From NCBI GenBank assembly GCA_965223325.1, contig CBDCWI010000002.1, forward strand, positions 3,392,001 to 3,456,000: 64,000 bases of DNA. Direction: 5' to 3'. Position 1 is the stretch's first letter; every line of letters begins with the position of its first letter. The translations under genes were made by a program, and so were the position numbers. The notes under the pieces are model-generated. The model did no database searches. It saw nothing but the letters and a program-made list of their open reading frames with translations, and was not told the origin of the DNA. This stretch comes from Candidatus Multivoradales bacterium (GTDB lineage: Bacteria; Acidobacteriota; Thermoanaerobaculia; Multivoradales; Multivoraceae). Positions 1 to 10,813 of this stretch are shown here, in pieces.

Positions 1-1278
1 ACCGCCGAGCAACTCGACCTTGACCGTGCGCGGTGTCTGCAGGGTCACCTGGCCGATCACACCGTCGTCGAGCTCGACCCAGTCGCCCTCCTCGGTGGGA
101 AACATCGCTTCGCCAGCACCGGCAGCCCGCGAGTGCAAGCCGATCAGCTCACCAACCGGTAGGTGCAGGCGGCCGCCGTCGAGTTGCGGGTTGCTGAGTT
201 CGGCGCGCACCCCGATCGACTCGACCTTCCAGGCAAGTCCCTCGAAGGTCAAGACCTCGCCTTCGCGCACCGCACCCAGGTTCAGGATGAGACGGATCTC
301 TTCGACAAAGGCCGGCAGTGCCTTGACCCCGCCCCAGGCGAGACTGGCAAGCAGAATCAGGAACAACCCGAGCAAGAACCAGTCGGCGCGCGCATTGAGT
401 ACGACCAGGGCGGCCAGAAGACCCAGCACCACACTCGCAATGTGCAAGACCAGCGCCACCAGGCGTTCACCGAGCGACCGATGACGAGCGCCGTCGCGCA
501 TGCGCTCATAGGCGCGACCGGCGAGCCGAACGAGCAAAAAGACCGCGAAAAACGCCAGCAGCGCGAGCACCAGGTTGAGGCCACGGTAGCGAATGAAACC
601 CGACAAGGCGTCACCGGCGGTGCGCGTCAACGACGGACGTCGCACCTGGCGCTCTTCGAGCTGCTCGGTGAGCGCCAGGCTCTGCGCTTCGGCCGCCTCG
701 ACTCGACTTGAGTAGAGCTTCCGAAGCCCCTCGAGCCGCGGCAGCAGTGTCTCGTCGCCGGGGTCGAGCGCGTCGATGGTCTCGCCGAGGCGAATGAGCG
801 CCGCTCGTCCCGCTTCGATCCTCTGACGGTTGAGATCGACCTGGGTTCGCAGGCGTTCGATCTCGCGCGAGCTGGTGGTGGTGCGCTGGAGTTCTTCGAT
901 CATCGGCCGGAACACCGCTTCGAGCTCAGCACGCAAGTCGAACTCCGCCCCGCCGGGGTCTTTCCACAGCGCGGTTTCGGCGCCTGTCGCCAGGGCCTCG
1001 AACTGATCGCCCAGCGCCTCGACTTCGCTGACGAGCGCGACGGCTTCTTCACCCGCTTCACCGCCGGCCGCAAGAGCAGCGGCAGCTTCGAGATCCTGCT
1101 GGCGACTGTCGAAAGACGCTTGGAGGGCGCGCAGGGCCTCGACCCGCTCTCGAACAGCGCCGGCGGGCGCCTCCTCGGTAGGCGGTTGGGCGATCGCCGT
1201 CGCCGCCGTCGCAGCGACCAGGAGGATGAATGGAAACAACGGGCGCTTCAACAACGGGCTCTTCGCTCGGCCCTGCAT
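1..1278 (-). CDS. MscS-like mechanosensitive channel-related membrane protein (runs off left edge)
   Basis: Absent from the ORF track because no stop lies inside the window. ATG at 1278 with AGGAG RBS at 1286-1290. Both ends read manually in the same frame: signal peptide MQGRAKSPLLKRPLFPFILLVAATAATAIAQ, coiled-coil region, and LILNLGAVREGEVLTFEGLAWKVESIG...FPTEEGDWVELDDG near the edge. Confidence 0.65.
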   Translation of the reverse strand, partial: MQGRAKSPLLKRPLFPFILLVAATAATAIAQPPTEEAPAGAVRERVEALRALQASFDSRQQDLEAAAALAAGGEAGEEAVALVSEVEALGDQFEALATGAETALWKDPGGAEFDLRAELEAVFRPMIEELQRTTTSSREIERLRTQVDLNRQRIEAGRAALIRLGETIDALDPGDETLLPRLEGLRKLYSSRVEAAEAQSLALTEQLEERQVRRPSLTRTAGDALSGFIRYRGLNLVLALLAFFAVFLLVRLAGRAYERMRDGARHRSLGERLVALVLHIASVVLGLLAALVVLNARADWFLLGLFLILLASLAWGGVKALPAFVEEIRLILNLGAVREGEVLTFEGLAWKVESIGVRAELSNPQLDGGRLHLPVGELIGLHSRAAGAGEAMFPTEEGDWVELDDGVIGQVTLQTPRTVKVELLGG

Positions 1279-1407
1279 TGACGGTCTCCTTGGAGCAGAA
1301 AGAAGGACCATGGCAGATTGTCACGACTGGCCTCCCCGCCGCAGCCTCACGGTACGATGCTCGGTGGATTCCACCATCACAAGAGGAACCGAGGGGGCAC
1401 TCACCCA

Positions 1408-2358
1408 ATGCAGGGCTACATCTTGCGGCGCCTGATCGCACTGGTGCCGACCCTCTTCTTTGTCAGCATCATCGTCTTTGCGTCGATCCGGATGATTCCC
1501 GGCGACATCATCGACCTGATGCTGGCGCAGAACGATATTGCGACCGGCCAGGACCGGGCGCGGGTCGAAGCGGCATTGGGTCTCGACCAGCCGCTGATGG
1601 TGCAGTACTTCACCTGGCTCGGCGATGTCCTCCGTGGCGACCTCGGCCGCTCGCTGTGGGCCAGTACTTCGGTAACGGGCCAGATCCTGGGGCGCCTGCC
1701 GATCTCGATCGAGCTCGGCATCCTTTCACTCGTGATCGCGCTCACCGTGGCGATTCCGATAGGCGTGTACTCCGCCATCCGCCAGGACACGATGGGTGAC
1801 TACATAACGCGCTCGTTCTCGCTTCTCATGCTTGCCCTACCCGGGTTCTGGCTCGGCACGCTGGTGATGGTTTTTCCTTCGGTGTGGTGGCGCTGGGCGC
1901 CAGCCCTCGACTACACGCCCTTCTTCGAGAACCCGATCAAGAACCTCGAGCACATGCTGGTGCCGGCGATCCTGCTCGGTCTGGCGATGTCGGCGGTCAC
2001 CATGCGGCTGGTGCGCACCATGATGCTCGAAGTCCTGCGCCAGGACTACGTGCGTACGGCGCGCGCCAAGGGGCTACGCGAGGGTGTGGTGGTGCTCCGC
2101 CACGCGCTGCGCAACGGGCTCATTCCAGTGGTCACCCTGGTTGGGTTGCAGGCGCCGATTCTGGTCGGTGGAGCGGTGATCATGGAACAGATTTTCGTCA
2201 TTCCCGGAATGGGCATGCTGCTCCTCGAGGCGGTATCGAGGCGCGACTACCCGGTGGTCACCGGAGTCTTTCTGGTGGTCGGAGTGGGCGTTCTCCTGAT
2301 CAACCTGTTGGTTGACCTCTCCTACGGTTTTCTCGATCCGCGGGTGAGGCAAACGTGA
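1408..2358 (+). CDS. Peptide/nickel ABC transporter permease (DppB/OppB-like)
   Basis: MQGYILRRLIAL start; GDLGRS and DYVRTARAKGL...HALRN EAA-loop motifs; ends LDPRV. Confidence 0.93.
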   Translation: MQGYILRRLIALVPTLFFVSIIVFASIRMIPGDIIDLMLAQNDIATGQDRARVEAALGLDQPLMVQYFTWLGDVLRGDLGRSLWASTSVTGQILGRLPISIELGILSLVIALTVAIPIGVYSAIRQDTMGDYITRSFSLLMLALPGFWLGTLVMVFPSVWWRWAPALDYTPFFENPIKNLEHMLVPAILLGLAMSAVTMRLVRTMMLEVLRQDYVRTARAKGLREGVVVLRHALRNGLIPVVTLVGLQAPILVGGAVIMEQIFVIPGMGMLLLEAVSRRDYPVVTGVFLVVGVGVLLINLLVDLSYGFLDPRVRQT

Positions 2359-3257
2359 CGACGCCTGCTTTCCTGGAACCTCGGCCCTCGAACGATGTCG
2401 CCGTGCCAACTCGCCGGCGGGCGTCCTTCATCGAGCGTCTGTTTCGCGAGAAACCCCTTGGCGCGGCTGGCGGGGCGCTCTTTGCCCTGTTCTTGTTCGC
2501 CGGCATCTTCGCCCACTGGCTGGCGCCCTATGGCATCAACGAAACCAGCCTCGCCCATCGCATTGAACCGCCATCACTCCAGTTCCCGCTCGGCACCGAC
2601 CACCTCGGCCGCGACCTGCTGTCGCGGGTGCTCGTCGGAGCGCAGCTGTCGATGATCGTCGGTTTCGCCGGCGCCGCCATCTCGACGGCGATCTCTCTCC
2701 TGCTCGGCATGCTCTCCGGATACTTCGGCGGCCGTACCGACATGATCATCCAACGCTTCGTCGACGCTTGGATGACCTTCCCGGGACTCGTTCTGTTGAT
2801 TGTCGTGCTCTCGATCACCGGCCCGGGCATGACGCAGATCATCGTCATCCTCGGCTTGCTCTACGGCATCGCCGGGTCGCGCGTCATCCGCGGCTCGGTA
2901 GCCGGTGTGCGCGAGGAGATGTACGCCCACGCCGCGAGGTCGATCGGCGCCGGCTCGTCCTACATTCTGCGGCGCCACATCCTGCCGAACGTCATGCCGG
3001 TGGCGATCGTGCTGTTCACCACCCGGGTGGGCGCGGTGATTCTGGCCGAGGCCGGGCTGTCGTTTCTTGGCCTCGGCATTCCACCGCCAGCCCCGACCTG
3101 GGGCAGCATGCTGACCGGCGCCGCCCGTACCTACATGTACCTCGGGCCGTGGCTGGCGCTCGTTCCCGGTCTATGCCTGACGATCGTCGTGTACTCGATC
3201 AACGTCTTCGGAGACGCACTGCGCGATCTGCTCGATCCGCGCATGCGGGGTCGCTAA
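2355..3257 (+). CDS. Peptide/nickel ABC transporter permease (DppC/OppC-like)
   Basis: PLGTDHLGRDLLSR, HILPNV, EAGLSFLGLG..P.PTWG and GDALRDLLDPR motifs; GTGA overlap with the upstream gene. Confidence 0.93.
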   Translation: MTTPAFLEPRPSNDVAVPTRRRASFIERLFREKPLGAAGGALFALFLFAGIFAHWLAPYGINETSLAHRIEPPSLQFPLGTDHLGRDLLSRVLVGAQLSMIVGFAGAAISTAISLLLGMLSGYFGGRTDMIIQRFVDAWMTFPGLVLLIVVLSITGPGMTQIIVILGLLYGIAGSRVIRGSVAGVREEMYAHAARSIGAGSSYILRRHILPNVMPVAIVLFTTRVGAVILAEAGLSFLGLGIPPPAPTWGSMLTGAARTYMYLGPWLALVPGLCLTIVVYSINVFGDALRDLLDPRMRGR

Positions 3258-5009
3258 GTGAGAGCGTCCTGGCGCGCGAGCTTTGTGGCCACTGCCCTCG
3301 CGGCGGCAGTCGTTCTTGCCACGGCCGGCTGCTCTCACCCGGTAGAGGGCAACAGCGATCGCACCTGGGTCGAGAACTACGGTCTCGACGAGACGCCGCA
3401 GTACGGCGGCACCTTCCGAGTCGGCACGGTGTACTACACGCTCTCGGCGCTTTCCTGGGACCCGGAGGACTGGGCGTGGAAGATCAACCACGACGCCGGC
3501 TCGGTGCAGGAGCAACTGTTCGCCGCCGATCTCGACATGAGCCAACGCAAGGGCGGCCCCTATCCTTTTCGAGCCGACGCCTGGATTCCTGACGACGCCC
3601 TGCGCGGTGAACTCGCCGAGAGCTGGGAGTGGGAAGGCCCGCTCACGCTCACCGTCCACCTGCGCCGGGGGGTCCTGTTCCCGGCCAAACCCGGGGTATT
3701 GGAAGAGCGCGAACTCACTGCCCACGACGTGGTCTACAGCTTCGAAACCTTCGAGCAGAGCCCGAAGCGCATCGCGACATACTTCGAACACATCGACCGG
3801 GTCTACGCGCGCAACGACCACACAGTCGTCTTCGAGTTCAACCAGTTCAACGCCGAATGGGCCTACCGCTTCGGCTATGGCTACTACTCGGCCATCGCAC
3901 CGGTCGAAATGACCGCGGTCGACGCCAAGAACTGGCGCAATGTCACCGGGACCGGTCCACTCCTGCTTTCAGAGTACGTCGAAGGGCACTCCCACACCTA
4001 CGAGCGCAATCCGCTCTACTGGGACACCGAAACGCTCCTTGGCCAGGAATGGAAGTTGCCCTTCATCGACCAGCTCGAGTACCGCATCATCAAAGACGAG
4101 GCCACCATGTTGACGGCACTCCGCACCGCAAAGCTCGACGCCTGGGAAGCGATTCGGTGGATGGCGGTCGACCACCTGAAGAAGACCACCCCGGAGCTGC
4201 AGTGGACTCGGTGGCTGTCGTTCGCCGGCCCGTTCATTTCTCTGCGCATGGATATGGAGCCCTTCGATGATCTGCGGGTACGGCGAGCCCTCAACATGGC
4301 GGTCGACAAGCAGGAGATCGTCGATCTGTTCTTTGGCGGCAACGCCGAACTCTTCGCCTACCCACAGCACCCCGACTACGAAGGCTTCTACGAGCCGCTC
4401 GAAGACATGCCGGCTTCGGTACAGGAGCTCTATACCTACAACCCGGACAAGGCCAAACAGCTGCTCGCCGAAGCCGGCTACCCAGAAGGATTCGAGTTCG
4501 AAATCCAGGTCTGCTCGTGTGACCCCGAGAATATGGATCTCCTGCCGCTGATCGTCGACCACCTGGCGCGGGTCGGGGTGCGTGCAACCGTCCAGCCGAA
4601 CGAGTATGCCTCGCATCTCTCGCTCATGACCACGAGCAATCACGGCCCGGGGTACATGACAAACAGCGGTCACGTCAGCCCGATCTCGACCCTGCGCAAG
4701 ACCTTCATGACCGGCCAGCTTTGGAACATCTCGAAGTTCTCAGATCCCGAGTTCGATGTGCGGCTCGAAGAACTGATCCACTCGCGCGACCCAGAGCGGC
4801 GGCGCGAGCTGGTCAAGAAACTGACCCGCGAGGGCGTTGACCGGGCGCCCTACATCTGGCTGCCGGTTCGCTACCTGCACACCGCCTGGTGGCCGTGGGT
4901 CAAGAACTACAACGGTGAACTCCGCGCCGGTGCGGTCCGCCCGGGACCGATCTACGCTCGGCTTTGGATCGACCAGGAAATGAAGCGCGAGATGGGCTTT
5001 GATGACTGA
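3258..5009 (+). CDS. Peptide ABC transporter substrate-binding lipoprotein (family 5)
   Basis: Lipobox LATAGC; LAESWE..LRRGV.F..ELTAHDVVYSF; GTGP; FDDLRVRRALNMAVD. Confidence 0.9.
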   Translation: MRASWRASFVATALAAAVVLATAGCSHPVEGNSDRTWVENYGLDETPQYGGTFRVGTVYYTLSALSWDPEDWAWKINHDAGSVQEQLFAADLDMSQRKGGPYPFRADAWIPDDALRGELAESWEWEGPLTLTVHLRRGVLFPAKPGVLEERELTAHDVVYSFETFEQSPKRIATYFEHIDRVYARNDHTVVFEFNQFNAEWAYRFGYGYYSAIAPVEMTAVDAKNWRNVTGTGPLLLSEYVEGHSHTYERNPLYWDTETLLGQEWKLPFIDQLEYRIIKDEATMLTALRTAKLDAWEAIRWMAVDHLKKTTPELQWTRWLSFAGPFISLRMDMEPFDDLRVRRALNMAVDKQEIVDLFFGGNAELFAYPQHPDYEGFYEPLEDMPASVQELYTYNPDKAKQLLAEAGYPEGFEFEIQVCSCDPENMDLLPLIVDHLARVGVRATVQPNEYASHLSLMTTSNHGPGYMTNSGHVSPISTLRKTFMTGQLWNISKFSDPEFDVRLEELIHSRDPERRRELVKKLTREGVDRAPYIWLPVRYLHTAWWPWVKNYNGELRAGAVRPGPIYARLWIDQEMKREMGFDD

Positions 5010-5982
5010 GCAGAGAACAGCTCCCCTGCCACTTCTCTCGGTGCGCGATCTGGCCGTCGTGTTTTCGGGGCAGCGCGGCGCGGTACGCGCGGTGGACTCG
5101 GTCTCGTTCGAGCTCGAGGCCGGAGAAACCCTCGCCATCGTCGGCGAGAGCGGCTCGGGCAAGAGCGTCACGGCACTCTCGCTTCTCCAGCTGGTACCCG
5201 ATCCTGGGCGCATCGAAAGCGGCGCCATCGAGTTCAACGGGCGAGATCTCCAGAGCCTCCCCGAGCGTGAACTCCGCAAGCTGCGAGGCAATCGCATTGC
5301 GATGATCTTCCAAGAGCCGATGTCGTCGCTCAACCCCGTCATGACCATCGGCGCCCAGGTCGCCGAACCGATTCGCGTACACCGCGGGGTCTCACGAAAG
5401 GAGGCGCTCGCACGCGCCGGTGAGCTGCTCGAAAGGGTGGCCATTCCTGACGCGCGAGAAAGGCTCGGCTCCTACCCTCATGAGTTCTCGGGGGGCATGC
5501 GACAGCGCGTCATGATCGCCATGGCGCTCGCCTGCGAACCCGAGTTGATCGTTGCCGACGAGCCGACAACGGCCCTCGACGTCACGGTCCAGGCACAGAT
5601 TCTTGCGCTCCTCAAGGGTCTGACCCGTGAAACCGGAGCGGCGCTCATTCTCATCACCCATGACCTGGGTGTCGTCGCGCGCTACGCCGACCGGGTGGCG
5701 GTCATGTACGGCGGGCGGATCGTGGAGACGGCCAGCGCCCAAGATCTCTACGCCTCGCCTCGCCACCCCTACACCCTCGGCCTGATGGCCTCCGTGCCAA
5801 GGCTCGACGACAGTGGGGGCCGGCGCCTGGTCCCCATTCCAGGGCAGCCACCCGACCTCGCGCAACTCCCCCGAGGTTGCGCCTTCGCACCACGCTGCAC
5901 CTTCAAGACCGAGCGCTGCGTCGCGGAGCTGCCAGCCCTCGAGGGCAACGAACACCAGAAAGCGTGCTTCGTCGATGTCTGA
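5002..5982 (+). CDS. Peptide ABC transporter ATP-binding protein (DppD-like)
   Basis: Walker A GESGSGKS, signature [18 protein letters not shown]-terminal oligo_HPY with GCAFAPRC. Confidence 0.93.
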   Translation: MTEQRTAPLPLLSVRDLAVVFSGQRGAVRAVDSVSFELEAGETLAIVGESGSGKSVTALSLLQLVPDPGRIESGAIEFNGRDLQSLPERELRKLRGNRIAMIFQEPMSSLNPVMTIGAQVAEPIRVHRGVSRKEALARAGELLERVAIPDARERLGSYPHEFSGGMRQRVMIAMALACEPELIVADEPTTALDVTVQAQILALLKGLTRETGAALILITHDLGVVARYADRVAVMYGGRIVETASAQDLYASPRHPYTLGLMASVPRLDDSGGRRLVPIPGQPPDLAQLPRGCAFAPRCTFKTERCVAELPALEGNEHQKACFVDV

Positions 5983-7018
5983 TAGCGCTCCTGAGGCGGT
6001 GCACACCGCGCCGGATGCCAACGCCGAAGTCCTGCTCGAGGTCGCCGATCTCTCGGTGCACTTTCCGATCATGGAAGGAACCCTGTGGAAGCGGCAGACG
6101 GGCTCGGTGAAAGCCGTCGACGGGGTCTCGTTCACCATTCGCCGCGGCGAGACTCTGGGACTGGTGGGCGAGAGCGGCTGTGGAAAGTCCACCACCGCGC
6201 TTGCGGTCTTGCGCATGCTCGAACCCACCGCCGGGCGCATCGTCTTTGACGGCCTCGACATCACCCATCACAGCACCCGGCAGATGCGCCCTCTCCGGCG
6301 GCGCCTTCAGATGGTTTACCAGGACCCCTTCGGCTCGCTCGACCCGCGCATGAAAGTACGCGACATCGTGGGCGAACCGCTGGTCGTACACGGCCTCGCC
6401 GGCGACAAGAAGCGCTACCGAGAGCGCGTCGCTGAGCTTCTCGACCTCGTCGGTCTCCTGCCCGACATGGCAGGTCGCTATCCACACGAATTCTCGGGCG
6501 GTCAGCGTCAACGCATCGGGATTGCGCGCGCGCTCGCTCTCGAACCCGACCTGATCATCTGCGACGAACCAGTTTCTGCTCTCGACGTGTCGATCCAGGC
6601 GCAGGTGGTCAACCTGTTCATGGACCTACAGGAGAGGCTGGGGCTCACCTACCTCTTCATCGCCCACGATCTCTCGGTCGTGCGTCACATCAGCGATCGC
6701 ATCGCAGTCATGTACCTCGGCGAGGTTGTCGAGATCGCAACCCGCAACGAACTCTTCGATGACCCCAAGCACCCCTACACCGAGGCTCTCCTCGGCGCGG
6801 TTCCGGTACCTGATCCGGCGGTCGAAAGGGCTCGGCCGCAACAGGTCCTGCAGGGTGAAGTTCCGAGCGTGCAGGCGCCACCGGCAGGCTGTCGCTTCCA
6901 CCCGCGCTGTCCCCGGGCCCTCGGCGAATGCTCACAACACCCACCGACCCTTCTGCCGCTCGCCGGCGGGCGTGCCGTCGCCTGCCACCTCTGGAAGGAG
7001 CAAGAGGAGCCCTCATGA
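5975..7018 (+). CDS. Peptide ABC transporter ATP-binding protein (DppF-like)
   Basis: [37 protein letters not shown]; start overlaps the end of the DppD-like gene. Confidence 0.93.
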   Translation: MSDSAPEAVHTAPDANAEVLLEVADLSVHFPIMEGTLWKRQTGSVKAVDGVSFTIRRGETLGLVGESGCGKSTTALAVLRMLEPTAGRIVFDGLDITHHSTRQMRPLRRRLQMVYQDPFGSLDPRMKVRDIVGEPLVVHGLAGDKKRYRERVAELLDLVGLLPDMAGRYPHEFSGGQRQRIGIARALALEPDLIICDEPVSALDVSIQAQVVNLFMDLQERLGLTYLFIAHDLSVVRHISDRIAVMYLGEVVEIATRNELFDDPKHPYTEALLGAVPVPDPAVERARPQQVLQGEVPSVQAPPAGCRFHPRCPRALGECSQHPPTLLPLAGGRAVACHLWKEQEEPS

Positions 7019-7317
7019 TCGTTGTCCTCGGGAGCGTGGTCGTGCAAGAGGAGGGCTTCGATGAGGCGGTCCGGCTGAGTATCGAACACTGTCGGCGTTC
7101 GCGTGCCGAACCCGGCTGCCTCACACACCATGTTCACCGCGACGCGGAGAATTCGCTGCGCCTGGTGTTCGTTGAGCGTTGGGCTGACGAAGAGGCGCTG
7201 CGAAGGCACTTCGCCGTGCCCGCCTCCACCGAGTTCGTTCGCCTGATCAGCGACCTGGCAACCACGCAGCCCGAGATCGAGATCTTCGAGGCGAGCGCAG
7301 CTTCTTTCGACTCATGA
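7015..7317 (+). CDS. ABM-family (putative quinol) monooxygenase
   Basis: About 100 aa; SRAEPGC...[15 protein letters not shown] pattern; ATGA coupling on both sides. Confidence 0.8.
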   Translation: MIVVLGSVVVQEEGFDEAVRLSIEHCRRSRAEPGCLTHHVHRDAENSLRLVFVERWADEEALRRHFAVPASTEFVRLISDLATTQPEIEIFEASAASFDS

Positions 7318-7969
7318 GAACCAACACCAGGCCCGCTCCCGTCTGGCTGGCGATGACCCTTGGACTCGCGGTACTTCAAACCACCGTCGCCGCCCCACAA
7401 GAAGGCGCCGAGCCAACCCGCTTCATCATTCCGTTGATCGACGACGACGCCGAGACCACCTGGCGCAAGTTGGCCTGGCACGACTTTCGGCGGGACCTCA
7501 GTAGTTGGCGGCGCGAAGCGGCAGGCATCGCCTCCCAGGTCGCAGTTCGCGGCATGCGCCTGCGCAGTCGACCGACGAGCGACGAGTCCGGGTTCGTCGC
7601 CTCGATCGAGGCCATCGAAGTCTTCGCGATCATGAGCAAGCTCGAATCGGGCTACAAACCTGGAGGTCGCAGCCCGGCGATTCTGGCGCACGAGCAACTG
7701 CACTTCGATCTCACCGAGGTGTGCGCCCGTCGGCTGCGCAAGAAGCTCGTCGAGCTCGAAGGCCGTGGCTCGAGCCAGCAGACCGCCACACGCAATCTAC
7801 GAAGCGCCATCGAAGCCCTTCACGGCGAGGCGGTCACCAACTGCAGCGCACTGCAGGCGCTATACGACGAAGAGACCCGTCACGGCCTCAACCGGCGCCA
7901 ACAGAAGAGGTGAGCCGGCAGATCGGAGAGTGGCTTGCGGCCACCGAAGGCGGCTACCCGCCGCCGTAG
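7314..7969 (+). CDS. DUF922-like exported Zn-dependent protease, with probable frameshift near the 3' end
   Basis: Signal peptide, L.W.DF, HEQLHFD, YDEETRHG...QQKR then TGA at 7911-7913. The natural-looking tail SRQIGEWL...PPP-TAG continues in another frame to 7969. Confidence 0.65.
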
Positions 7970-9201
7970 CGACCCGGCTCCGCGGGAACGGGCGGCGCGC
8001 CTCCTTGAACGTCGGCGAACGCCCACTCTAGATCGGCGAGGTACGCCGCAGTGGTCTTGTCGTGCTCGGGCGAAAGCATCAGGTGGATCGAGGGTGGCTC
8101 GGTGGTCACCGAATTGAACCAGCCGCGTTCTGCCATGGCACGCCACACGGCGTAGACATTGGTGTCATCGCGCGTGAAAGCGATCAGACCGAGCTCAGGG
8201 GTTCCGAGAACCGACCATCCCTGTTCGGTGACTCCCTCGGCAATCGCCCGGCGAGCCGTGAGCACGCGACCTTGCAAGTCGCGATAACCCTCGACGCCCA
8301 GGAACTGCATCACGGCCCAGGCTGCCGAGATCGCGCCACCGGGGCGCGTCCCTGCGAGAGTAGGCGTCACCATCCTGCCGCCCGGCCAGGTGTTGAAGTC
8401 GAACGCCATGGCGGCGTGGTCTTCGAGGTCCCGAAACAGCACTGTCGAAGCACCTTTGGCGGCGTAGCCGTACTTGTGCAGGTCGGCCGAAATCGAACGC
8501 ACCGGCGCCAGGGTGAAGTCGAACTCGGGCAGCTGCACTCCGAGTTGACGCGCAAACGGGGCCAGGAACCCGCCGACGCAGGCATCGACATGCAGCCACA
8601 CGCCTGTCTCGCGCGCCACTTCGGCGAGCTCGGCGATCGGGTCGATGACTCCGTAGGGGAAGCACGGCGCCGACCCGACGATCATGATCGTGCCTTCGTC
8701 AACCACCTCCAAGATCGCCGACGGGTCGGCGAGGAAAGTCTCTCCGGCGACCGGGACCCGCCGCACCTCCAAGTCCATCAACCAACTCGCCTTGTCGAAA
8801 GCCGGGTGCGCGGAGCCGGGCAGCACGATGTTCAGCTCACCGCTCTTGCCGGCATCGCGGGCTCTGTCGCGGCTGGCCTTGATGGCCATGGTGATGCTGT
8901 CGGTGCCCCCCGAAGTCACGTTGCCCGTTGCCTCTCTCGGGGCATTGAGCAGCTCGAGCGCCATCTCGACGACCTCGGCCTCCATGCGCTGGAGGCTCGG
9001 AAAGGCCAAGGGTCCCAGACCGTTCTCGGATTGAAAGAGGGCGTAGGCCTCCTTCTGAACCTGCCCCACCGCTTCGCCGGCGTTGAATACGTACACTGCC
9101 GCCTTGCCGGAGCGCCAGTCGATGTCGCCTTCCGACATCTGCACCATCCGCTCTCGGAGTTCGGGCCACGGAGTTCCCTGGGGCGGGATCGCGGTACGCA
9201 T
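7954..9201 (-). CDS. PLP-dependent decarboxylase / sphingosine-1-phosphate lyase-like enzyme
   Basis: TSGGTDS, AHPAFDKA, GSAP.FPYG.IDPI, HVDACVGG, ADLHKYGY (PLP lysine). Confidence 0.88.
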   Translation of the reverse strand: MRTAIPPQGTPWPELRERMVQMSEGDIDWRSGKAAVYVFNAGEAVGQVQKEAYALFQSENGLGPLAFPSLQRMEAEVVEMALELLNAPREATGNVTSGGTDSITMAIKASRDRARDAGKSGELNIVLPGSAHPAFDKASWLMDLEVRRVPVAGETFLADPSAILEVVDEGTIMIVGSAPCFPYGVIDPIAELAEVARETGVWLHVDACVGGFLAPFARQLGVQLPEFDFTLAPVRSISADLHKYGYAAKGASTVLFRDLEDHAAMAFDFNTWPGGRMVTPTLAGTRPGGAISAAWAVMQFLGVEGYRDLQGRVLTARRAIAEGVTEQGWSVLGTPELGLIAFTRDDTNVYAVWRAMAERGWFNSVTTEPPSIHLMLSPEHDKTTAAYLADLEWAFADVQGGAPPVPAEPGRYGGG

Positions 9202-9231
9202 GGTGGAAGCCTACCGCGCAGGCCCAAGAGC

Positions 9232-10716
9232 TCAACCCGATCCAGGCGACTCCTTCGTCACTGTCAGAATCCAGGAGGCGATCTTCTCCATCGCTTTCGG
9301 CGAGAAGGTCTCCTCGATCTGCGCATATTCAGAGGGAGATCCGGTCGCGGACTCCTGGAAGAGGTGATTGAGACCCTCCAGGACGGCGATCTCGAGGTTC
9401 TCGTTGCCACTCTTCTCGAAGGCGGCCGCAATCGCCGCCATGTTCTGTTCGGGCGGCACCTGTAGGTCGTTGCCACCGGCAATCGCCAGCGTCGGTTGGG
9501 TCACCCTCTCGAGCGCGGGAACCGGGTCGTAGGTCAGGAAGTGGCGAAACCAGGGCGACGTGACCTGGGCGGCCTCCTGCTTGATCAACGCTTCGGGGTC
9601 AGATCCCGGTGCAATGCCCGACGCCGCACGGTCCTCCTCGCTCATCGCGTCGTAGCGCGCACGCAAAAGGCTCTCGACCTCTGAGGCGAGATCTCCGCTT
9701 CCGTCGCCGGCGTCGCGGACCGTTTCGAAGACCCTCTTCTGCACCGCGAGACTCCGCTCGATCAACTCGTCGCTGGCCCCACCGGCACGGGCAATGAGCT
9801 CGCTCTGCAAAACCAGGATCTCTTCGCCGGTCAAGCCCGGCCCTCCCATGAGAACGATGAAGGACACATCCGTCGTCTCGCCTGCAACAATCGGAGCGAT
9901 CAGACCACCTTCGCTATGGCCGACGATGCCCACCTGCGACGCATCGACCTCGGGTCGCGCCCTGAGAAAACGTACCGCCCCGTGTGCATCGGTCGCAAAG
10001 TCGGCGCTGGTCGCAGCCGCGAAATCGCCTTCAGACTCTCCGACTCCGCGATCGTCGTAGCGTAGGACCGCAATGCCTCGACGCGTCAAATAGTCCGAGA
10101 GCACCAGAAAGGGTTTATGGCCGAGCAGCTCTTCGTTGCGGTTCTGCGGACCGGAACCACTCACCAGGACGACGCCCGGGAAAGGGCCCTCGTCATCGGG
10201 CAGCGTGAGCGTTCCTGCGAGTTCGATTCCAGCCTCGGCGTTGGGGAAGGTCACCTCCACGACCTGGTAGGGAAAGGGCTCTTTCGGTTCCTGTGGACGG
10301 GCCAGCGGTACGACCTCCTCGGTCGTCTTCTCGAGGGTGAGGGGCAACTCGATACCGCTCTGTTTCCAGGTGCCCTCTATCCTGGTCGCCTCTTCATCGA
10401 GGGTGCCTTCATAGAGCCCGCCAATGGCCGGGATCTCGATGGAGAGCTTTGCTCCCTCGACCGCCGTACTGCCGGTCGGGATCCCCCTGGCCCCCTGGTC
10501 GGGGCTGTCGAAAGTCGAGCTCCAACCGCCGCTCTCGTCGCGCGTGATGTGAAAGACGAGGCGGAGCTTCTGGCCGCCGACATCGAGAGCGCCGAGCCAG
10601 TCGCCGACTGCCTCATCCTGAGCGTGGGCGGAGAATGGCAACAGCAGGCTGACGGCCAGGTTCAGCCAGAGCCAACGCTTCGCCTTGTGGGTTCGACGCG
10701 GTTTGAGTCGCTGCAT
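9232..10716 (-). CDS. Exported alpha/beta hydrolase (peptidase S9/S15-like) with N-terminal beta-barrel domain
   Basis: GGAGGT RBS before ATG 10716; signal peptide; SGSGPQNRNE, YDDRGVG, GHSEGG nucleophile elbow, DLQV, LNHLFQ. Confidence 0.85.
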   Translation of the reverse strand: MQRLKPRRTHKAKRWLWLNLAVSLLLPFSAHAQDEAVGDWLGALDVGGQKLRLVFHITRDESGGWSSTFDSPDQGARGIPTGSTAVEGAKLSIEIPAIGGLYEGTLDEEATRIEGTWKQSGIELPLTLEKTTEEVVPLARPQEPKEPFPYQVVEVTFPNAEAGIELAGTLTLPDDEGPFPGVVLVSGSGPQNRNEELLGHKPFLVLSDYLTRRGIAVLRYDDRGVGESEGDFAAATSADFATDAHGAVRFLRARPEVDASQVGIVGHSEGGLIAPIVAGETTDVSFIVLMGGPGLTGEEILVLQSELIARAGGASDELIERSLAVQKRVFETVRDAGDGSGDLASEVESLLRARYDAMSEEDRAASGIAPGSDPEALIKQEAAQVTSPWFRHFLTYDPVPALERVTQPTLAIAGGNDLQVPPEQNMAAIAAAFEKSGNENLEIAVLEGLNHLFQESATGSPSEYAQIEETFSPKAMEKIASWILTVTKESPGSG

Positions 10717-10813
10717 GGATACCTCCCAGGGTGCGGATAAGGGGGCCGTACGCACCAGGGAGGCACTTTATTCTCTCGCCCAGCCGATCGGGCATCTCCG
10801 CGCAGGCGGGGGG

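Noticed and set aside
7911-7913. Third selenocysteine codon
   Set aside because: The position corresponds to Trp rather than Cys, and the plausible continuation is in another frame.
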